Shown here: positions 42,701 through 55,400 of the stretch, in pieces | Numbering within the stretch: position 1 is the stretch's first letter | How the letters are laid out: each line of letters begins with the position of its first letter | NCBI RefSeq assembly: GCF_963853765.1 | Contig: NC_088853.1 | Location: forward strand, 23,932,001 to 23,996,000 | Length of the DNA stretch: 64,000 nucleotides | Direction of reading: 5' to 3' | Source: Magallana gigas | Taxonomy: Eukaryota | The notes under the pieces: generated by a model | What the model was told of the DNA's origin: nothing | What the model saw: only the letters and a program-made list of their open reading frames with translations | Databases searched by the model: none | Program-made: the position numbers and the translations under genes

Positions 42701-45700
42701 ACGTTTCTCTAAAGAAGACTGATATAGTCAAACAATTTTAGTACAAGAAGACCGCAATATTAGTAGTCCGAATGGGATTTAATTAAAGCCTAAAAAAAAC
42801 CACTTTTCACATAAAAAATGATATATCGATAAAAATTCCGACATGAATTAGTATTGCATATCATATTGCATTGAAATAACAATTGATTTTAACATTAAAG
42901 CAAGTGCACATTTTGACATAATTCTCATTTTGCATATCAATGAGATGAATTGTGTAACAAGAAAACATAAATACCGGCTGTCTTTGTTGTTGGTGCAATT
43001 GTCGTTGAAGTTGTTGTTTCTATAAATGTAAATACATTAGTGACTTTGATTTTTTATAGAACAATTTGAATAAAAAAAATATTATTTTTGGGAAAAGTGT
43101 TCTTTAGTCACAATGCCCATTTAGCGAATTAAATCTCATTTAACATTTATAAATAATAAAACAGAGCTGATATCATAGCAAATCAAACATAATCGAAAAT
43201 GCCATATCTGATTCATTAGAAGCATATCTAAAAGAAAGAACAAAAACTGCATGTATCAAGGGAGGTGGGGGGGGGGGGGGGGGTAATTGACCAATAGTTT
43301 GGCGATTGCAAGTGATCATGGCTAACCTACCAATAGGTATACATCTACATTCCCGGCAACCATTGGGTGCAAGAGCGAACGCCATTCCATCAGGACAGCG
43401 GAAAATAGGACACGCAAAGTGAAACTGAAAGCAGGCCGTCCTTTGTTTGGAACTGTGTCCACGTCTTTTCTTTCTGTGTGCTAAAAAAAACATCTATACT
43501 ACTATATTAAAATAACAGACTCGAATTTTTGGGCTTTAATACCGAGAAATCGGAAGAGTACTGTCTTTTGGTTTACATATTTTAAACATCATTGGTACTT
43601 GAAGATTATTTTTTTCTTAATCAAGCTTCGCTAATTAATAATCAACGAAAATTCCTTTAAAAAATCCGGAAATCTTCTGGATTTTTTGGATTTTAGAATC
43701 TTGCGCATGCGCTTTACATTCACGCTAAATCACGAAAGGCCCATTCGTTTATGTTTCCACCATGTCACATTTGCATGGATAAACTCAGAAACGATTTTAT
43801 AAATACGTGTAAATTTTGATTGAAAATTTGTCATATATTGTTCATCAAAGGAAATACGGGAGATAACTCTTAACTCTGCGCATTCAATATGAAAAATCCC
43901 GAGAGTTCCGAATATCAACATGGTGTGTAAATTCAAAGCGAGTAAAAAGTGTTGTATTCTTCATTTATATCAATTAAATATTCAGATGAGAGGTATTTAC
44001 AGCTTCAAAATGGTTTGTTGTGAATAATTTGACTGTTATTTTCAATGTAGCTGCATTAATTTTTTCCAAAATCGTTTCGGAGATATTCTGCAATTTTTTG
44101 CAACAATACGGGTATATGGGATGCATTTAAACTGTCGTGAAGGCTTGTCCCGAGACACAGTTAGATTATTCAGAGTGTAGTGAAATTAATAGCATTATTG
44201 CAGTAGCTTGGTTATATAAATGTCAACAATACGCTGTGTCCATGAATCTGTTTCGTAAATGTCCGACATCATATGCAATGTCAACCTGTGTTCACACGGG
44301 TCAGAGTCTAGTCGACATTATATTTTATTAATTCATTTTTTTTTCTCTCCTTAAAAATTATAAGATGATTGTTTTATTAAGATGTGATTTAGAATATCAT
44401 TAGGGAGATAGAATATATTTTTTTTATTTTGTGAAACATATACATGTATTACGTCAGGTACTTGTGAGAGATATACGTGGTACTAAGAACATACAATTTT
44501 TACTCACTTGTCAATTTCGGCTTCACCAGGAATTGTTCTATAAAGTCACGTTTTCCTAAGAGATCTGAAAGTAATTGAAACAAATGACCACTGCTTTGTC
44601 GAAATATATAACGGTAATTTTTCCAACAACAAAAAACCCCAGATGGAATACCGTATTCTTTGATTTTATTAGATTCAAAAAGAAAAAAATCAAACCCTAT
44701 AATATTCATTTTCCTTCTCATATCAGAATTGACAAATACCGCAAAAGAAAATAATGGGTTTTTTTTTTCATTTTACAATTGTAAGCTCTTGTTCGGAATT
44801 GAATAAAAAAAAATCATATATTGAAAAATGACGGACGGGTCTTTTTATTTCAATTGTATTAAAAAGTTCATGAATATTCACGCCATTAATTAAGGGAAAA
44901 GCACCGGTAATTAGAACACTACAAGAGATGGTACGTGCATTAATTGTAAAAAAAAAAAAAAAGAAGAAAAAAATGCCACCTAAGACTCCTCCTATGAGAT
45001 TTGTAAATTAAATTTATATAGGTGAATTTAATTTTTTGAACTGAATGAATTTATTATGACTGCAAATAAACTCAAATGTTTGCACAACGACTTCTCAGTA
45101 TGATTGAACTAAATTGAGAATTAAAACGTTGATGAAAATTATTGCCTATTTTCTTTTAAATTAAAAGCTAATATATTGAGAATAAATTGGTGCTTACCAA
45201 ACTCTAAATTAATTTTGTTGAAGTTTTTAAACTAAAGCTCTTGATTGTTCCATCATTTTTTATCAATAAGAAATATTGGTGTTTTATTCAACAAATGGTA
45301 ATATTTCAGGTTATAAAACTGTTCTACATTATAATATATTAGATGGTACCTGTAGTTGATTTAAACATTGCAAAATCCTATGAAGCCGTGGGTTTTGAGT
45401 TGGATATTTTTTAATATAAAAAACTACCTAGTTTAATTAATTTAGCGTATATGCTAAGTAAGGCTATAAATGAAGCTGGTTTATGCAAATAACATCAAAT
45501 GTATTCAGAACAAATGTAATGCATTATAAAGAATCTTGGAACAAATCAACATGAATCTTGATTAGCGAATACATTCTAATAAATAAGTATATTAATTCTT
45601 CGATTTAAAATGGTTCAGTGTCTTCAATAATTTAGGCTTGTTAATACACTGTATTTGATTAATTTCAAGAAAAACTACATGTATTAATAAATCTCAGACT

Positions 45701-48700
45701 TTCTCATTTTTTCGGGGGGGGGGGGGGGGGGGGGTGGGGGGTGGGTGTCAAGTTCAAACTTGACCATTATATTACCCATCTTTAATCCGGGTTCCAATCC
45801 GTATTAATAACAGTGAATTCATCATAAATAAGTAAGAGCCAATTTTCGGGGGTGAATTATTAATATTGTTGCCATAATTTGTTTGTTAGTGAGGTTAACT
45901 AATGATCTCGAATAAAATTAAGACCCTCTTTGAATGCTATCGATTCCACAACTTGTTCAACTCAAATATAAAGACCAAAAAATGAAACAAAAAGAAGTCC
46001 AAGTTGGTGCTAATAAATTATAATCTGGTTTGATGAGATTTACCACGTGACCAACCCGTATTGAATTCCAAACCAATTCCAAATTCATGAACAATTCATT
46101 CTATTTTTTTTTTTCATACAAAGACAGAGAAAGAATATTTACAACCATCAACTAAATGAGATAAATACATTTTTTTTGGTTCAAGATAAAGGTCGAGAAT
46201 GGAAACATAAAAAGTCCTTGATTAAATACCAAAACCAGAGAAAGTATATTTTGGCAATATAATTATGTATATGAAATACCGGTAACTATAATGATTTGAT
46301 CGAACAAAGACCCAGAAAATGAAACAAAACATAAAATCCTTGACCTAACACCAAAACATTTTACCAATCTGTATGAATTAACAGTAATTAACGATTGGGA
46401 CGAATAAAGCCCGAGAAATGAAACAAAGCATAAAATCCTGGACCTACCCGTGATGGATCCGCCACAGTCGCACGTTTCACACATCGTCCCGTTGGGGAGG
46501 GTCTGTGTCCCCTTGGGGCAAATGAGCGGACACGAGGCATAGTACTCCACGCACGGGTGTTCCAACTTTGTGTAGACGATGTTATTAGCGATCCATTGCC
46601 CCGGGGGTAAGGTGGTGGTCGGCCCGGGGGTGGTGGTTGTTGTGGGGGTCGGGGTGGTAGGCTCAGGCCAGGCGACTAACAGAAGTAAAGGGCCAAAGCA
46701 ATTAAATAATTCCATGATTTTTGAAGGGTTTTTTGGGGGGAAGAAACACAACCACCTGAATGCTGTCACATGAATGCTGAATGTTATATACACTACCGCT
46801 GGGATGTCAATCCAAAACGATTAGAATGTCGGTTTACGCGGTAAGTCTTATTTTTGTAGGGGGTTTACCGTACCAGTTATAATAAGGTAGCAAGCAGGGA
46901 TATATTAACACCGGTGTGGAATTATTATTGAGGCGGGGTGGTTTATTTTGGGATTTCGGAATGATGTGTGTTTATTATCTCTAAAAAGACCCGCCCAACC
47001 GCAAACAGAATAAATGAAGGACGGTATGGTCACTGCGATATTAGAACAAAGTCCTCCACATGGCACGTGCTCAAAATATGTACCTGCAAATACCTGATAT
47101 AAAAGTGCATATTAAGCGTATAATAATTCGACTTCGGGGTTGCGGGTAGGAATGTGTTAATTTTTTAATGTGAATTTTGTTTAAGATGCATGTGCTATTT
47201 TAAAATAGATAGGTTATATAAATTTGTGTATGGACACGTGTTTACACAATGTTTCATGTTCATTGGAACTGTCAATAACAAGTGCCTACAGCATTCCATT
47301 GGACAAAGTTTTAGGAATCGGATTGTTATGGCTAGCGCTATTTTTAGACTGGAATATTATGCACGTATCTTTGTATAGAAATATAGCAGAATTTTCAAAT
47401 CTAACCCCCATAATTCTTTCCCCTTTTTTGCAACTTTCTGCAACTTGATTTGACACCACACCTAAATATAAATATATTTCATATAAAAAAAGAAAATTAA
47501 TGATATTTTTGGGTTTTTTCTTTAAAAAACCCATAAATCAAGGTAACCTTTATTAGGACAGGAATTTGGACATGATGACGATGATAGGAACAATCTTTAA
47601 CTTTTCGAGTTTTTAAAAAAGTACACAGTTTATTATATTTTTGAATTAAAGTTCTAAGTCAGGTGAACCCCCCGCCTTAGTGGTAGAATAAGTATATAAG
47701 CTGTAAAACATGTACAAACATCAACAAAATTATTTTTCAGTTTAGTAACACAATGCAAAACTCATGCATATGAGTCCTTAATTAAAAACAAATGGCATGA
47801 AAAGTAAACTCAATGAAATATAAAATAAGAAAAAGAGATGAATTACTTGAGTATCTCGGATCATCGCAGACACAGAATTGACAGTTCAGACTTCCGGTCA
47901 TGTAGGACACCCTACAGGAAGTGGAACATAACCGGAACTTCTCCAGACACGGGTTGTCCAGAGCGAAGAACTGCGCTGATAGAACTGGAACTGTAAGAAC
48001 ATAAAAAGGGATCGTTTCAAGATACATTTTTTCTTCTTCAAAAGATATAAGCGTAGAATTATATACTGCGATAGAACCAAAACTATCCAGTAATTTGAAA
48101 ATGGAATATTGCAAGCTGGAAACATTTATTTTTTAAAAACAGTTTAATTGAAACTTCAAAGCAAAGAACTGTTGCGATACAATTAAAACTGCAAAGGAAA
48201 TAAAAGGAGACCTTTTTAAAGATTCAAACATCCTTATTTTTATTTAAATCAATGAGTAAAAAGATAAAAATGTAAATAGCTGATAATTGAGGAAATAAAA
48301 TAGGACCAACACGTATTTGTAATTTTTGTGTTTCATAATACACTGTTTAAAATTCAAAAGTATATCAATTATCCATATTTGGATTGTTTTACCGCTAAAA
48401 ATTGACCCAAAGAACCAAATAACTAACAAACAAAAAAATTGACAGAAAAATGTCGAAACTCCTAAAATTGGTGCATGGAACCTCTTCCAGAAAAACAACA
48501 TAAATTAAGTGACCAGGTCAGTTAAACTGTGTCACGGACAGTGTTCTGATAAGGTGGCACAGGTAAAAACACAGGTGCTGGCAGGTGTCGGCATGGTCTC
48601 TATAATAGATGGGCTCCAACAACAATCCTTCTGCGAGTACTGACCGTCCCAGAATGCCAAACTCTCACTTTTTCTTTATTTCCGNNNNNNNNNNNNNNNN

Positions 48701-49770
48701 NNNNNNNNNNNNNNNNNNNNNNNNNNNNNNNNNNNNNNNNNNNNNNNNNNNNNNNNNNNNNNNNNNNNNNNNNNNNNNNNNNNNNNNNNNNNNNNNNNNN
48801 NNNNNNNNNNNNGTGCAATTTTTTCTCTTATTCGAAAATCTTCCTTATATTAACATTGTATGAAATCAAATCTTTTTTAATAAAGTCATGTTTAACAAAT
48901 ATGCATATTTGATTTTCTTTAATGGGTGTATTATTATATTATTATCATATATTATAATAACATATGCACATATGTACAAAAATGTGATATCACTTATCAA
49001 ATACATGAACAATGCATTAATTGGGAAAAAAAAAGAAATCAAAACTGTCTTATGAAACTACTACGGTAAATTGTATGTACAAGTAAATGTGATTGTTTTC
49101 TTTGATTTTAATAGAGCGCATTTAACGATAACTGCATGCGACGTGCCTGACTCGTTTAAAATTCTGTGACCACTTATTGGTGCAAAAGGAAGTTGGAAAT
49201 CGTAGATATCATGCAACAAACCCATAGCAGAGCGAGGGAGCAGTCCTCCTAAAAACTGATCTAATTGTTTCATGTATAATACATGTATACTTATATGGGA
49301 ATAAACAACATAGGAAGGAATGTAGTAAGTTTATTTTAATTTCGTCCGTTGGAACACCGAAATCACTTTATCCTTTAAAATTTTAACTCCTTCTGCTTGA
49401 TGAGTTTAAATGACTACCACGGGATCAACGTTTTTTGTTTTGGGGGATATGATTTCAATTTAAGTGACGCACAGAAACTTCAGAAAGGCATTATTTATTT
49501 ATGAATATTGACAAAAATGCTGACTATTGAACAAGAATCTAGAAATAGAATTATATAATCTCAAAATCGACGCAACGTTGCCCAAAAATAGAATACATCT
49601 CTTAAAAATATGCGAGACTCGGCATAATAATGACGATAACAATAATCCCCGAGCGATTTTAAGATCTTACAAGATCAGCCATTTGATACACTAAGCCAAT
49701 CCTTACCTGTCAAAATACATCCCGCAAAAAGACATAATATAGTCCCATAATGAAATTGAGAGATCTCCAT
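36799..49770 (-). CDS. Secreted multi-module Cys-rich precursor: antistasin-like repeats, convertase sites, Thr-rich stalk and C-terminal three-finger/LU-like domain (at least 659 aa)
   Basis: Exons: 49770-49707 (signal peptide MEISQFHYGTILCLFAGCILTG), 47990-47847, 46675-46448, 44564-44508, 43480-43331, 43019-42975, 42504-42388, 41824-41690, 40873-40700, 40074-40030, 39731-39684, 39071-38937, 38418-38013 and 37030-36799. All are GT-AG. Every intron is phase 1 except the last (phase 2). The total of 1980 bp is open. Exons may be missing near the 48685-48812 gap, and linkage of exon 1 is inferred. Confidence 0.72.
37530..38070 (-). repeat. ~95-bp minisatellite (6 copies) spanning an exon end and its 5' splice site
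   Basis: acacctac(c/t)ggcg(a/t)gtg recurs at about 37534, 37630, 37727, 37821, 37908 and 38005. Each copy is followed on the + strand by a derivative of the exon's last ~55 nt. Confidence 0.9.
48685..48812. other. Assembly gap (N run)
   Basis: 128 consecutive n characters. Confidence 1.
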
Positions 49771-52436
49771 ATATATCTGGGCCCGTGTACAATGTACTTA
49801 TTCCCTTTCGCACCTGCCTGGCGTGCGTCATAGCAACAAGCCGGGGGGATTATTTGATTATCAGCGAAGAAGCTTTTCTTTTTTGAACTATCTCTCTTAT
49901 TACTGATAAATGTTTCGAAATGCGGACAGAAAGGTACATTAATGTCATTGAGAACAGGGGCTATTTATAGTACATGTAGATATAAATATATGTACATTCT
50001 TTAACACGACGATTAACGTGTCTGTTATTAGGAGTGTTCCGTTCTGAATAAAACTTGTATTTCTTTTATCTGGAGAAAAAGAATTTAAACCAACTTGAAG
50101 ACACGTTTTAGACATAACTTTTGGGGTTTGGGGTAATTCCGAAACATGCAAATTTGGAGTCAATTTTGTAAAGGCAGTGCGCACGCAGTGACAATTTCGA
50201 AAATGAATTAATTCCTCTAAATTTGCGTGTGATTACAGCGTATCTGAACGTCCTTATGAATGGAAAATTTATAAAAGATGAAATTTATTTTAAAATAGTT
50301 ACAGTTTTTTATGAGGAGGTGGTGCATAATCAATGCGACATGCAGTCAATTTCGAAAACGTAATTAAATATGCACAATAAACTACCACTAACACACAATT
50401 TATACACAACTTGTATCATGTTTTCATGAAATAGTGATTTTAACTATGAATAAAATTAACACCATGCTGTTTTGTTCGATTTTCATTTAAATCGATGCTC
50501 AAATCCTTTCAGCTAGAAGAATATTTACCCGTGGAATTGAGCAAATCGGTTAATCTTCAAACAGCTAGTGGTGTGGATTAAGATTGACGATAAAATATTC
50601 CGAATTTTTATTTAATAAAAAAACACAACCGGCATTGGCTAAATGTTTGTAATCTAAGTATATAAAACTGCAGGGTCAATAATCTTTTATCAACTAACAT
50701 GACAGCTCGCTGCATTGCATTCACTGTTCCTCTACTCCTGATCTGGAGTTTTACCTCTTCTTTATTTTGCCTAAACCCAGAGAAATAGTATATAGGCCAT
50801 TTATTTGCGTTCTGTTAACTTCTGCAGGCATTGTTCTGCATGAAGACAAAATGTCGTCTGCTGCCAATGACTTAGCCTTAAAATTTCAAGAGCTACTGAT
50901 GATGGCTTAATCTATGAAATTGCTAAAACAATCCTCCTCGAACTGGCTATTTAATTTACACTATTATTTACAATTAAAATATTTACACAGCAAAAATCAC
51001 TTGCAGTCTATTATTCTACATCATATGAGATGTTAAATTTGTCAAATATTTGGAAGTTATTGGCTGCGATCGCATGGCTTTGTTTATAAATAAGCATGCA
51101 TTTAGCTACGACTTAATATAAATCAAGAATTGCATTGAAGCAAGTTCATTTCGACAATCAACAATTAAATGATCCTTTGCAAGCGTAAGACAGAAAAATA
51201 ATACTATTTTCACAACAGTCAATTTATTTCTGCTCAAATAAATGAAACAACTGACGGTATTTTTGCACATTCTTAAACATACACATATTTTATGTAAAAA
51301 TGAAGAAAAAAAATATTAAGATGGCAGCACCTTTTTCTGTCATTCAAACTGATCAGATGAAATTGAAAATGTTGCAGTCACAGTGAAACATGAATTAATT
51401 ACATTACATTTAACTGCATTAATTACACTCTTACAAGCATTAATCCGAAACTGACACTTGCATTGCACCAAGTAGCTTTATTAATATTGATAAGAGTTGT
51501 TTCCCTTTTGCTTTGTCATAAATTAGAGTGAAATTTAATTTTCCTTAGAATAAATATATTTTAGCGTATTTTTATGTATTTAAGTTTATGTAATTCAATG
51601 CAAACGTGTGGAAAATTACAATGTGAGGATGCCATGTGCAATTATTTTGCAACTAAAATTGCTAACTTCAGAAAGATAAAAGTTGTTTTCACATATTGCA
51701 CCAATCTTATACAAAACGACACACAGGCAAGTGTTAATATACAAATACAAATTTTGTATGAATTTCATGATGGAAAAGTGTGGAAAATTTAGAAAGGTAT
51801 GAAATGCTCTACCGGTACGCACACAATGGAGATTCATCAAATTACAGTACAATATACTCTAAACTTGATTCCTATGATGAAACTGTAGGTCATGATTTAG
51901 TTGGCTAACACACGGCTTCCTAAATTCTAATAGAATACAGTTTTCAATGTCATCTTTTTATCAAAACTTGGGTAAGTAAACCTTACAATTATACTCTACT
52001 TAAAATAAGACAACAAAAATATGTTCTAGATTTGTTACTCTAATGAAAAAAATATTGTACATTAACAACTGCAAAACAGGTTCCTTTGCCCTGTTAACGG
52101 AAAACACACTCTTTCAGACTTTGCACTATTGCCTTTATGTGTACATATGAAGAAGGGTTTAAATACTGACAAATCTCTCATACTGACATCAAACACAATA
52201 CATAGTCTTTCAACATTCTCAGTCCCCAAAATTACACAATATCATATTTTTTCGTTCATTTCAAATTCACAACTTTTCCTACATTTCTTCACAATCATAC
52301 ACAACTATAGTAAAAGACTCGCCCATACACAATTGTAAACGGTTAAATCCCTAACACCAATGATACAGATTTAGCAATGTTCGAATCCTTCTCTACACAA
52401 TTTCTCTTGTCCTCTTCTGTCAGCTTTCATCCTCTG

Positions 52437-55400
52437 TTATTCTCTGTGTATTAGCACAAACAGTCCCAGGCAGGCAAGAATAGCATACTGTAACAAAAAA
52501 CAGATTCATTTATAATTTACATCTTCAAGATTTCATGCATTCATAAAAACTTAGATTGCTTCTTTTGATACATGATTTACTATGTATTTTTATCCTACTT
52601 GAATGCACTACTGTTTTTCATATCATATTCTCAAAGTCTAGTATTTTTATTCATAATCATTTTATAAAACATATCAGATGCTTCATCTAAGGAGAAGTGT
52701 GGTTTTGAAAGGTTTTGGAAGAGTTTTTTTTTCCCCTAAGATAACCCAGAACAATTGTACTTACGGAAATTCATCAAACATGAAGATCTAATCGAATAAA
52801 TTGGGGGAAAATCAAATTTCCTCATCAAGTAAATCAGTAAAATGCTTTGAATCTGTGATACACTTGTTTATAGTACATGTATTATATGATCCAATGTTGA
52901 CATCTCACCTTAAATTTCGGATAATCATTCATCAATATAGTGACTATTCCAACATAAGGCACAAACCTGCAACAGAAATGAAATCAAATAAATAGAAACA
53001 AACGCAAGCTGGAGTAAAAATTGATGTTAGCCCAATCAAACAGCATAACTAACCACCGTTTATACAACGTTAATATTATATCTCAGTCTGTGTACATTTT
53101 TAATATACAATAATAAATTAGCTAATTTCATCTAGATAATGTTTTCTCTGAAATAGTTTACATCCTACAATAAGTATATGCCCATGGTGACTAAAACTAG
53201 TCAATGAAGGTGTTAGATTTCCCTCGCATTTAATCTCGGAACTCCTCTAATGTTATCCCAGTTGCTATGTTAAATTCCAAGTCCAATAACTCTAACTTGT
53301 TTACCAGCAAAAAACTCTGCATATCGACAAATAAAGTTTTCTTCGGTATAATCAAATACCTATTTACTGACAATTTGGATTATAGCAAGTATAGTGTCTC
53401 CCTCAACAGAAACAAGGCTAGGCTTCACCTCAGGAAATAGTTGCTCTTTGGGAGAAAATAAACTTGCTATCCTCCTCATAGCCAGAAAATCTGTAGATAT
53501 ATAATAACAAATGTCAATCAAGCTTTTATTCACTTGTTAGGGAAGGTCATGGCTAGTGGCCTTAACAATACAAATTTTTGTTTTTTTACTTTAAAATGAA
53601 CTTTTGAACATTTATTTCTGAGCATGAAAAATGGTTCTCTATGAAAATTGATTATACAAAAGTATATGTATTTACATTCCAGATAGAGAGGTAAGGCACA
53701 GACGCTGTAACCTATTTATGGTAACTCACCCTCTCGCTCGCCCCACCACATCTTTCTTTTCAAGCCAGAGCTGTCCAGGGGCATATAACCCTCTGTCATC
53801 CACCGAGTTGTTATCTCCCTTGGTGAGAAATTTGACTTTTCCATCTTCTCTGAAAAAAAAAAAAAAAAATTGTGTGATATTGACTTTCGTTCTAGTGTGA
53901 ACTTGATTTTCGTTCTAGATAAAAACATTCACAGACTTTTCTCTTCACAAACTTCAGACTTAATTAAAAAACAATTCTTCAACATAATACATTTAAGGTG
54001 GTAATGGACACCTCAATATTATGACACAATATTTATCAAAATAAATTATAAAATCAAGTGTAATTTCATAAATATTTTCTTTTTGTTAAAATGGTCATCT
54101 AACAGAGTAGTGCAATTGGTTGGAGCATTCACTACGAATCTCGAAGTCATGAGTTTGACTGCTTCTTGGAATTTTAAAATTTTAACATTTTCAAAAATTT
54201 TTAAAACGTACATCTTTTAAAACGTACATCTTGGTTAAATACTATAAAATTATAAAATTCTAGGCCGTTGAAAGTATTTTGATTATAATGTATTGTTATC
54301 CACATTAACATTGACAGGTGTCCCATACCACCTAAAAGAGATTAAATGACTTACTTTTCGTGAACTTTCAGCACTCTGTGTACAATGGGAATGTCACGCC
54401 CTTCTATTTTAAACACAACAATTTCTCCCACTCGGATTGGCTCCTCTCTGTAGTTGGTCAGGAAAAGTAGGTCTCCTCTGAAAAAGGCAGGCTCCATACT
54501 TCCACTGAAAATGGAAAAAAAAAATTACATTGATACATGCTATTTCAGGGGTTTTTTTTCCAACCGCATATTTGATATATATTTAGTCCCAATTTATGTG
54601 CCCAGGAGTCTTTGTTCACAAATTTTGACACCACATGTTACAATGTTACATAGGATTGTTTACTTTTAAAAAAACTTTACGTTAACTTACCTCAGAACCA
54701 CAATTATAGAAATGTGTGTACCGTATTTTCCCGACGACTCGTCGATGCGGACGACTCGTCGAATTGCTCATTTTTTACCAAAATTTTAACAAAATCCTAC
54801 GATACGTCGATTCAGACAACACGTCGATCTTATCACTTCAAAATGGCATATAAAACTACAGTAACATTACCAGTGTATGAAGCCACGATGTCCCCGATAT
54901 TGCTACCAATTATTATCAATGATTAACATTTAAACAATTACGCTTTATACTTATGCATCATATTTTCAAATACCGGCAACATCTACAAAGTCGCTTGCAT
55001 TTTAAACAATTCCCGATATCGCGTGTTATGCAAAACTAAACTTACTTAGTCAGAAATATTTTATTCCCAAGCATTAAAATAATTATCCAGTCTGACTATC
55101 GCCAGTGTATTCGCCATTAGGCCTAAAAAAAAAATAGGTTTGTTTCCGCTTTCAGGCTGAAAAAAATTAGGGTCGGTCGGTCGGCTTTTTTTTTTTTTTT
55201 AATCTTTTTTTTTCCCCTCTCCATCTGTTCAATTGTGCACATTAAACAATTTATCTATTAAACTGGGTAAGATTAAAAAAACCCAAGTATTTGTTGTCAT
55301 TGTTTAAATGATGTGATGAACATTTTCCCCGGCTGGTGGGAACATTTCTCGAGCTCAACTGGCACGACATGTGCTGCCATTTGTAAATAACAAACATCTA

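Noticed and set aside
43730-43936. 68-aa ORF resembling a signal-peptide first exon (MNLHTMLIFGTLGIFHIECA...)
   Set aside because: The start is TTG and there is no strong donor in the required phase. A better signal exon with CAG|GTAAG lies at 49770-49707. It cannot be fully excluded.
53200-53485. Coding-looking stretch in SEC11 intron 4 ([18 protein letters not shown]...)
   Set aside because: There are stops in all frames within about 150 bp and no recognisable family. SEC11 is complete without it.
54104-54165. tRNA-like segment
   Set aside because: The boxes are degenerate, the stems are broken, and it lies inside a MITE. It is not a tRNA gene.
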